From the NCBI GenBank assembly GCA_963716395.1, contig OY970309.1:1184001-1248000 (forward strand): a DNA stretch of 64,000 bases, read 5' to 3'. This stretch comes from an uncultured Fibrobacteria bacterium (GTDB taxonomy: Bacteria > Fibrobacterota > Fibrobacteria > UBA11236). Below the pieces are notes generated by a model. That model worked only from the letters and a program-made list of their open reading frames with translations. It searched no databases and was not told where the DNA came from. Positions 1-7,587 of this stretch are shown in pieces; position 1 is the stretch's first letter, and every line of letters starts with the position of its first letter. The translations under genes and the position numbers were made by a program.

Positions 1-17
1 CAACAGCACTAGGTAGA

Positions 18-635
18 GTGGAAATGGGAAACAAATTCCTTCTTCTTACACTTTTTATTGGTACCGGATCTATTTCTTTTGCAGCCCCGCAGGTCGACAC
101 CTCCCTATCCGTTCCCCGACAGGTTATCGCAAAAGCCGACGGTAAAATCGAAGGGAAATACTCGTTTTCCGATAAAAAAGGAAACCACCTTTTAATCCTC
201 ACGAGAACTGCCCATTCAAAATCCGATGGTTCCATTTTCGTAAGACTCCAAGCCATTCAATTTTTGAACATGGGTCAGGATTGGATCGAAGAATGGACAA
301 TCAAGGATTTCCTGAATTGCGAAGGACTTGATATCGATGCGGACTTTTTAACTTCGTTGACATCCATATCCGATTTGGATGCCAACGGAATTGATGAATC
401 AACCGTCGCCTATCGCGTAGCTTGCTTCGGCGGCCTCGATCCTAGACCGACTAAAGTTATAATGAGGGAAGGAACAAAAAAATATGCGATTCGAGGAGAG
501 TCATTGATGCAAATTGGAGGCCAGCCCCCTTATGGTGGAGATTTCAAAGCCGATTCCACGCTGGACTCAATACCCATTTTCCGTAAATATTTGCTTGCGA
601 TTTGGAAAAAGGCGGCAAATATCGAAATTAAATAG
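18..635 (+). CDS. Secreted protein, M949_RS01915-like family; candidate immunity protein
   Basis: Signal peptide (FLLLTLFIGTGSISFA); motifs WTIKDF..C and DLDANGIDE..YRVAC.GGLDP..K..M.EG.KKYAIRG; start at GTG 18 or ATG 24. Confidence 0.65.
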   Translation: MEMGNKFLLLTLFIGTGSISFAAPQVDTSLSVPRQVIAKADGKIEGKYSFSDKKGNHLLILTRTAHSKSDGSIFVRLQAIQFLNMGQDWIEEWTIKDFLNCEGLDIDADFLTSLTSISDLDANGIDESTVAYRVACFGGLDPRPTKVIMREGTKKYAIRGESLMQIGGQPPYGGDFKADSTLDSIPIFRKYLLAIWKKAANIEIK

Positions 636-646
636 TTCGTATTCCG

Positions 647-1186
647 TTGGGAACAGGAACGAAGAATTCGAGGAAGGCGGCGGCCGGGTCAAAAAGCAGC
701 GGAAATTCAGGACAAAGTGATAGTGCCGCTGAAAGTTCGAAAAACACGGGTGACGGGAAAAGCGATAAGTCCAATTCAACAGAAAATTCCGATGATCTCA
801 AAAATTATGACGTGGACAAAGCGATCGCTTATTTAAATGCTCAAGCGCTAAAAGTTCCCCCAAAACCAGGTCAGTGCGCAAAATCTGTTCGAAAATCGTT
901 GTTGGCGGGCCACATCAATATCGATCCACATCCATTGCTTGCCAAGGAATATGGACCTTACCTGGAAAAATATGGTTTTGTAACGATCGTGGACAGTAAT
1001 TACTTACCCCAAAAAGGAGATATTGCCGTCTTTCAACCATATATTGGACAACAATCACAGGCCGGCCACATTCAAATGTTTAACGGAGAAATCTGGGTTT
1101 CCGATTTCTTTCAATATCATCCAGGCATTTATCCAGGACCAGATTACCGGCAGCAAAAAGTATCCTATGAAATTTACCGGCATTAA
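647..1186 (+). CDS. Tae3-like CHAP/NlpC-P60 peptidoglycan amidase domain behind a G/S-rich linker; probably an orphan C-terminal effector module
   Basis: GQCAKSVRK (Cys), GDIAVFQP, AGHIQMFNG.WVSDFFQ (His), YPGPDYR..YEIYR; weak TTG start with no clear RBS. Confidence 0.75.
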   Translation: MGTGTKNSRKAAAGSKSSGNSGQSDSAAESSKNTGDGKSDKSNSTENSDDLKNYDVDKAIAYLNAQALKVPPKPGQCAKSVRKSLLAGHINIDPHPLLAKEYGPYLEKYGFVTIVDSNYLPQKGDIAVFQPYIGQQSQAGHIQMFNGEIWVSDFFQYHPGIYPGPDYRQQKVSYEIYRH

Positions 1187-1751
1187 TACAATTGCATTTT
1201 TTTCTCTACTGATATCAGGAAATTCATTTTCCGATGACGTAAACCGATATGTCATGAGCGACCCCTTCATGGCAATTCATTATGATCCTGAAATTGTGAA
1301 TTTTGAAAAATGTCCGCAATGGATTATTTCTCAAAACGGCGGAAACGCTGAACCGAAGCAATGGATTTTCGCTATGTGCCCACAGACGAAAGACACCCTC
1401 TACATCGTTTCAGGTTTGGTCAAATTTTGGGACGAAGGTTCTCAAAAACTAGTCGATAGCATTCTGGATCCTGATTTTGGAGCAATTATTAAAACGAGCG
1501 GCAGAAAGGTGAAAGCCCTCGGAACTCCCGACGGAATGATGAGCAAATATTCAAACCTGCCGACCAAAGATGGCCTTTGTTTAGTAAAAGATGCAGTAGA
1601 GCGATATTTAATAGCATTCGGTGGTCCCGAAAATCTTCAAAAGGAAATCCTCGATCAAGGAATTGATACGGAAACCGTGGAGAACCCCGCTCTTGTCAAT
1701 GAATTCAAAAAGAAAGGCGTTTTTATACCGCTGATAAAAAAATCGAAGTAA
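1167..1751 (+). CDS. Secreted protein, putative cognate immunity protein
   Basis: ATG 1167 overlaps the amidase 3' end; signal peptide MKFTGINTIAFFSLLISGNSFS. Confidence 0.6.
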   Translation: MKFTGINTIAFFSLLISGNSFSDDVNRYVMSDPFMAIHYDPEIVNFEKCPQWIISQNGGNAEPKQWIFAMCPQTKDTLYIVSGLVKFWDEGSQKLVDSILDPDFGAIIKTSGRKVKALGTPDGMMSKYSNLPTKDGLCLVKDAVERYLIAFGGPENLQKEILDQGIDTETVENPALVNEFKKKGVFIPLIKKSK

Positions 1752-1752
1752 A

Positions 1753-1899
1753 CTTCACGAAGCCTCTTTGACAGGACACGCCACAATGTTTACGGACTCC
1801 TTATGGATATCGGATTTTATTCAAAGAGAAATGCGGGGCGGTCCGGATTATCGCGATTTGAAACCACCACACCAAATTTATCGTTGGCAAAATGAGTAA
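1753..1899 (+). pseudogene. Second Tae3-like amidase C-terminal remnant (absent from the ORF track)
   Basis: Manual translation from 1774: GHATMFTDSLWISDFIQREMRGGPDYRDLKPPHQIYRWQNE*, which aligns with the C-terminus of ORF 647-1186. Confidence 0.8.
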
Positions 1900-2392
1900 G
1901 CTCACCATCTCTATTTTCTTTCTATCCGTATCCATCTCCTTTTGTGATCCTAGGCCGATACCATCTCCGGAATCCTTTATACGAAACCTCTACGATTGCT
2001 ACGTCCATAATCAAATCCCGGATTTTCTGGGTCAAGCAGGGGACACCTTGTTTTCGCAAAGAATGCTTGATATTATGCGGGCACGAAGCAGGATCGGTTC
2101 AGAAAAGCATGGAATCGGTTATGATCCCCTTTGTCAATGCGATGATTCAACTTTTCCCGGTTACAATATTTCCAAATACGACTACAAATTGGTTCGTCAA
2201 AAAAACGGCGAATATCTTGTAAAGATCGATATTTTCGTGGGCGGTTTCGCCAATGACGTTCAATTGAAACTCGTTGTTATAGGAAATCATTGGGTGATTG
2301 ATGACATCGCTACACATGAATATCCGAGCTTGTTTCGCTTGTTGAGATATGAAATTCGCCATTTAAAAACACCGGGATCTGTTTCCAAATAG
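1892..2392 (+). CDS. DUF3828 (YbjP/YqhG/Tai3-like) exported protein, putative amidase immunity
   Basis: Signal peptide; SPESFIRNLY..Y, YDPLCQCDD, WVIDDI motifs. Confidence 0.7.
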   Translation: MSKLTISIFFLSVSISFCDPRPIPSPESFIRNLYDCYVHNQIPDFLGQAGDTLFSQRMLDIMRARSRIGSEKHGIGYDPLCQCDDSTFPGYNISKYDYKLVRQKNGEYLVKIDIFVGGFANDVQLKLVVIGNHWVIDDIATHEYPSLFRLLRYEIRHLKTPGSVSK

Positions 2393-2564
2393 TCGAATAT
2401 CCACCGGCCAGAAGATTGCTCAATCTTCTTCTCTAATCTTCGATCTTCCCCTGGATTTTCAGGCCGCTATCCACTTCACCCAATGATATCAAGCATGAAA
2501 CGTGTTTTTGGTATAAATTTAGCCCAGGAAAAACGGTGAATTTACCAAAAAACCCTGGAGCAAC

Positions 2565-2975
2565 ATGTACCGGAAAAGTTTCGAAGGTGAAGATCAACTT
2601 TCATTAGAACTCGGATCATTTAATAACCCGTTTTCAAAACATTTGGACCCGGAAAACCGCTGGGTTAAACTTTCACGGCTTATCCCATGGGAGAAATTCG
2701 AGAAGCAGTATAGTGATAAATTCCGACTAGTGGGCCGGCAGACTTATCCATTCCGGATGACCTTGGGCGCTCTTCTGATAGAGACCAAGCTTTCCATCAC
2801 GGACAGGGAACTTGTGGAACAGATTTCGGAGAATCCGTATCTTCAATATTTCCTTGGCATGCCGGAGTATTCAAATCGTTGTCCTTTTGACGATAGTACG
2901 GTAACGCATTTCCGCAAGCGTAGAATCGTGAGTTTGTGTAAGCCGCATGTTCGTCCGATTATTCGGGGGAAGGCG
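2565..2975 (+). mobile_element. IS5-family transposase remnant, internally deleted and lacking a complete DDE core
   Basis: LDPENRWVKL..IPW, LVEQISENPYLQYFLG, FDDSTVTHFRKR joined directly to the normally distant motif RIVSLCKPHVRPIIRGKA. Confidence 0.8.
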
Positions 2976-3395
2976 GCGGAGGGAGGGGCTGGTGGGTCGA
3001 ATAAGATATCGCCGATAACATCCGACTCTAAAGTGTATGATTCAACTACGGGTGGTTCTGACAAAAGGCAAAGTGAGGATTCAAAAAACGATAATCAAAA
3101 ACCGCCTTGGTTACCAATCGCTAGAGAAGAAATTGGGGTGCAAGAAATTCCTGGTCCGCGAAACAATCCCAGAATAATTCAATATGATGCTTCCACAACC
3201 CTTAAAGCAACCAGTGACGCTGTGGCCTGGTGTTCCGCCTATGCAAATTGGGTTATGCAGCAGGCAGGATACAAAGGCACTCAAAGTGCAAGGGCGCTTG
3301 ACTGGTTAAACTGGAAAGAAGGGGCATTGATAGATAAACCAGCTTATGGCTGCATTGGGGTTATTGAAAAGAAACCCTTCCGAGGGTTATGGTAG
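2976..3395 (+). pseudogene. Truncated TIGR02594-family (CHAP-like) amidase fused in frame to the transposase remnant
   Basis: PWLPIAREEIGVQEIPG..NNPRI, AWCSAYANW, SARALDW, KPAYGCIGV; stops before the expected GHV catalytic His. Confidence 0.75.
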
Positions 3396-3721
3396 CATTT
3401 ACTAATGAATGCGATGACATATGGACTTTTACGACATGAAAATCTTGATTTTAAAGGGTGAAAGCTGTGTCGAATGTCTAAATATCAATGCATTTGTTAG
3501 TATCCGAATTGCGCCTGCGAAACATTAACGGATTTGACTTCAGAAAGAATAAAGCAGCTTCAAACTTGGCTGGACGGCACGGAAGAAGGAGATGTATGTG
3601 CAGGCAGTTACCAAATTTAAAACCGAATGAAAAACCAGTGACCCCACCTCTTCAAAAGAATAAAGGGTTCAATTGACAAACGGGCGGGTATAAAAAGCCG
3701 ACGAAAAAGGAAAGAACAACT

Positions 3722-4204
3722 GGGTATGGGTCGGGTGGCTCGACGCACGGCGCCTCGACCCTGTTCACGGGATATTGCGTTATCGGCGGTTACGTCTATC
3801 GCGGCAATCCGAATTCACCTTTTTACGGCGTGTATTTCATGGGGGATAACAACAACGGCAAGGTGTGGGCGGTAAAAACCGACGGCGTGTCGGTGCAAGA
3901 CAGCGCGTTGGAAGGCACGGTCAGCAATCTCACTTCCTTCGGAACCGACTTGGCCGGCAATTTGTACGCCGTAAGCCGCGACGGACCGATCTATGCCCTG
4001 GGGGGGCCGGATTTGCCGGCGGTATCCTCGGTGTTGCCGGGGCGGAAAACCGGCATGGCCCCGCTCTCTCTTTCCGCCTTGCAAGCGGCGAATCTGCCGC
4101 TGCGCGACCTGACGGGAAAACGCGTGAATAGCGTCCAGGGGGACGGCGTTTACATCTATCAGGAAAAGGGGAAAGAGCCGGCCTTGGTGCCAGTGCTGAA
4201 ATAG
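3722..4204 (+). pseudogene. 3' portion of a glucose/sorbosone (PQQ-dependent sugar) dehydrogenase-family gene; 5' end missing
   Basis: Frame reads ..CVIGGYVYRG..YGVYFMGD..LTSFGTDLAGNLYAV, with a C-terminal DLTGKRV..GVYI tail; upstream sequence is the AT-rich island. Confidence 0.7.
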
Positions 4205-4213
4205 AGGTTCGCC

Positions 4214-4933
4214 TCAGCGAATCATGGGCCCACGGGCCAGGTACCTTTTGCGTTCCCGCTCGGGAAATTTCTCGATGGCGTAGCGCAGCATGGTGCGCGG
4301 CATGACGGCCGCATACCGATCCAGAAACTTCCGCTCGGCGGCCGCGTCGCGTTTGCCGATTTCGCGCAGCATCCAGCCCACGGCCTTATGGATGAGATCG
4401 TGTTCATCGTGCCGCAGGAGTGCGCAGATTCGCAGGGCCAATCGGAACTCTCCCTGCTTGATGAAGTGAAAGGTCGACAACACGGCCACGCGCCGCTTCC
4501 ACAGATTTTTGTCTTGGGCCAGACGCAGCAGCACATCCAGCCCTTTTTCCCGCATGTGCGGTCCGACGATGTATTCGGCGCTGGAATCCACCAAGTCCCA
4601 ATTGTTCACGCGCTGCAGCTTGCGCAGGTAGAACCTGTAAATTCGATCCCGTTCGGCCGCATTTGCGGTTAGATGTTTTCGCACCAACAACAGCAGGGCC
4701 AGCAGCCGGTCTTCATGCCATTTCGAGTCGAGCAGGGCTGCGACGTCACGCAACGGCAAATGCGAATAGGCGCGCGCCAGTTGGCGCAAAACCGGAACCG
4801 TGAGGCCGCGAAAATGATCGCCTTCGCCGTATTCCCCCGGCCCGGTTTTAAAAAAACGCCGCAGCCCGGCCGACTTCGCTGGACTGGAAAGCGATCGCAA
4901 TTTTCGGCGCAGGTCGTTGATAGTTCCGGTCAT
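4214..4933 (-). CDS. DNA alkylation repair protein, AlkD-like
   Basis: FFKTGPGEYGEGD, VNNWDLVD, LIHKAVGWMLREIGK, MPRTMLRYAIE. Confidence 0.9.
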   Translation of the reverse strand: MTGTINDLRRKLRSLSSPAKSAGLRRFFKTGPGEYGEGDHFRGLTVPVLRQLARAYSHLPLRDVAALLDSKWHEDRLLALLLLVRKHLTANAAERDRIYRFYLRKLQRVNNWDLVDSSAEYIVGPHMREKGLDVLLRLAQDKNLWKRRVAVLSTFHFIKQGEFRLALRICALLRHDEHDLIHKAVGWMLREIGKRDAAAERKFLDRYAAVMPRTMLRYAIEKFPERERKRYLARGPMIR

Positions 4934-4949
4934 CGCATTCGCCTCCTTT

Positions 4950-5825
4950 TCAAGCCGCGGTCAGGGCGGCCCGCAAGGTCGGGTAACGCGCCGGGAACTG
5001 CGGGGCATCGCCAACGGCGCGTTGGCCGTGCAACAGCAGGTCGGCCATTTCGCCCAAAACCAGGCGCAGCGCCTTTTCCGGAACGCGGAGCAACAAGGGG
5101 CGGCGAAACGCCGAAGCCAAAGCGCGGGCAAACTCTTTTTGGGTAAGGGGTTCGCCGGCTACGGCATGCAGCGGTCCGTCGTAGCGGGAATCGGTCAGGG
5201 CGCGGGCATATAGCTCCACCGCATCGTCGCGATGGATCCACGGCCAGAATTGCCGGCCCGATCCGAATACCGCGCCCAGACCCAGGCGAAATGGCCGAGT
5301 CATGGCGGCCAAGGCCCCGCCGCCTGGGTGCAACACCATACCCTGACGCAACATCACCACCCGCAGACCCAGTTCGCGCGCAGCGCAGGCTTCTTTCTCC
5401 CAGGCCGCCGCCAGCCGGCCGAGAAAATCCGCTCCCGGTGGATCGCCCGCGCGAACTTCGCGATCGCCCGCGTCTCCGTAAAAGCCCATGCCGGATGCGC
5501 TCACCAATACCGCGGGCCGGGGGTTTTGCGCCGCGATTTTTTCCATCAGCTTGCGCGTCACGGCGACGCGTGAATTCCAGAGGGTTTGTTTTCGCCCTTG
5601 GGACCAGGGCCAATGCGCCAGGGTCGCACCGGCCAAATGGATGACGGCGTCGCCGGGCTCCGGCCAAGGGTCGTCCCATGCGAGCGGCCGCACGCCGGCC
5701 GGCAAGTTTCCGGACGCCGTGGCGGGATTTCGCGTCAGCACCGAAACGCGGTGACCCGCACGTAACAGGTATGTTATCAAGGCGCGACCGATGAATCCGG
5801 TTCCGCCGGTGAGGACGACGTGCAT
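4950..5825 (-). CDS. TIGR01777 family NAD-dependent epimerase (YfcH-like)
   Basis: TGGTGFIG, IHLAG, GSGRQFWPWIHRDD. Confidence 0.9.
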   Translation of the reverse strand: MHVVLTGGTGFIGRALITYLLRAGHRVSVLTRNPATASGNLPAGVRPLAWDDPWPEPGDAVIHLAGATLAHWPWSQGRKQTLWNSRVAVTRKLMEKIAAQNPRPAVLVSASGMGFYGDAGDREVRAGDPPGADFLGRLAAAWEKEACAARELGLRVVMLRQGMVLHPGGGALAAMTRPFRLGLGAVFGSGRQFWPWIHRDDAVELYARALTDSRYDGPLHAVAGEPLTQKEFARALASAFRRPLLLRVPEKALRLVLGEMADLLLHGQRAVGDAPQFPARYPTLRAALTAA

Positions 5826-5867
5826 GCCACCCAAATAGAGAAAACCGGCGCTCCGGCCGGGCCCGGC

Positions 5868-6302
5868 TCAGGGCAAACCGATTCCCCGGGCCATAAGCAC
5901 CGCCAGCAGGGGAATTATGAAGATCAGGGTCAATTCGAGGCGCAGGCACATCTTGATACTGCGCGGCACCGGCACCGAATCGCCCCCGGCTCCTTTCCGG
6001 TTGCGCAAAAAGAAAATCGTGGGATGAAGCGACAACAGGGCGGCCACGGCGAACAGCGTAATTTTCGCCATGAAGACCGGATTGCGGCTATAGAAGCTTG
6101 GCGGCTTGTCGCCGCGAAACCACATCCACAATCCCGCACCCAAAACCAGCGCCGCGGCCACGCCGAATACGGCGTCGATGCCCGCAAGCTTGCGCAGTTC
6201 GGCACGGGTCAACGCGGGCTTCACCAGCACGTGTTCGAGCACCAGCGCGCTGCACAAGGTGAAAATGCCGATGAAATGCAAATAACGGAAGAGAATGAAC
6301 AC
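5868..6302 (-). CDS. DUF2214 family membrane protein
   Basis: YLHFIGI, FYSRNPVF.AK, PLLAVLMARGIG; GTG start at 6302 inferred. Confidence 0.85.
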   Translation of the reverse strand: MFILFRYLHFIGIFTLCSALVLEHVLVKPALTRAELRKLAGIDAVFGVAAALVLGAGLWMWFRGDKPPSFYSRNPVFMAKITLFAVAALLSLHPTIFFLRNRKGAGGDSVPVPRSIKMCLRLELTLIFIIPLLAVLMARGIGLP

Positions 6303-6472
6303 CTTAGCCTCCCGGGGATATGCGGTCGCGCAAGGCATCTACCGCCGACGGCATGCACGGCAAATTAGGAATCGCCTTTCCCCAGCGGTTACAGTTGCAA
6401 GTCAGGACGGAAAGCTTGCAAGGAATCCGGCGTGGGAAGGCGTCGATTATGAACCGTGTCACTGGTTGCGCC

Positions 6473-7561
6473 CTACTTGGCCGGCGACTCGTCCTTCGCC
6501 ATATAGATCGTGCGGGTGGGAAAGGGAAAGCCTATACCCATGCCTTCCAGACGGGTTTTCAGGCCGAAATTGATCTCCTGCATGATGTCCATGTAGCGAT
6601 TGTAATCGGGGCTTTCCACGTAGAACACCGATTCATAGTTCAAACTCGAGTCGCCGAAGTCCCGAAAATGCGAGCGATCGAAGGTGGTGCCGGAAATGGA
6701 TTGGACCAACTCTTTGACCACGCCGGGGATGGCCCGCAACTGGGCCTCGGTGGTTTTGTACTCGACGCCGAAGACGAAAACCACGCGGCGCCGCGTCATC
6801 TCTTTGTAGTTCTGCAACTGGCTGTCGGTGAGATGTTTGTTCGACATCACGATGAGTTCGCCCGACAGGCTGCGCAGGCGGGTGGTCTTGAGCCCGACGC
6901 TCTCCACCACGCCCATGAAATCGCCGACTTTGATGAAATGGCCGGGTTGAAAAGGACGGTCGAGATAGATCACGAAATACGAGAATAGGTCGCCGAGCAC
7001 GGCTTGCGCGGCCAAGGCCACGGCGATGCCCGAAATGCCGAGGCCGGCCACGAAGGTCGAAACCTTGATGCCCAGGTTGTCGAGCACAAGAATGAAGGCC
7101 AGCACCCAGACCACGGTTTTGACCAGGGCCAGAATTCCCCGCAGGCTGCGTTTTTCCTGCTCGACGTCGGCTTCGGCGCCGGCGCGGCGCGCGACCTGGC
7201 GTTCGATCAGCTCCTGCGCGATGCGCAGGAAGAAACGCACCGACTGTACCGCCACGAAGATGGTAATCACATCGCGCAGACCGTTCGCGACCGCATGGCT
7301 CATGGCCAAATCGCGTAATCCCAGGTACACCACCAGGGCATACAAAGCGGGAATCAAATATCGCTCGATACTGTCGAGAAAAAAATCGTCGAGCGTGGTT
7401 TTCGTGGCCCGGGTGAAGCGCACGATGGCCCGCAACGCGAAATGTTTCGCGAGCCACATGATCGCCAAACCGCATACGATGGTAAGCAGGCAGTTGAGAT
7501 ACGCCTGTACACTATTGCCGAGGATTACGGTTTCAAGCCAGGAATGCGCCGCGTTCTGCAT
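6473..7561 (-). CDS. MscS family mechanosensitive channel
   Basis: GLGISGIAVALAAQ, GVVESVGLKTT, GIGFPFPTRT; start MQNAAH at 7561. Confidence 0.9.
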   Translation of the reverse strand: MQNAAHSWLETVILGNSVQAYLNCLLTIVCGLAIMWLAKHFALRAIVRFTRATKTTLDDFFLDSIERYLIPALYALVVYLGLRDLAMSHAVANGLRDVITIFVAVQSVRFFLRIAQELIERQVARRAGAEADVEQEKRSLRGILALVKTVVWVLAFILVLDNLGIKVSTFVAGLGISGIAVALAAQAVLGDLFSYFVIYLDRPFQPGHFIKVGDFMGVVESVGLKTTRLRSLSGELIVMSNKHLTDSQLQNYKEMTRRRVVFVFGVEYKTTEAQLRAIPGVVKELVQSISGTTFDRSHFRDFGDSSLNYESVFYVESPDYNRYMDIMQEINFGLKTRLEGMGIGFPFPTRTIYMAKDESPAK

Positions 7562-7587
7562 GGGAATCCTTTCGTGTCGCGCAAAAA

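Noticed and set aside
3488-3676. 62-aa ORF at the island edge
   Set aside because: No motif or clear RBS, and other frames look equally like degraded coding sequence.
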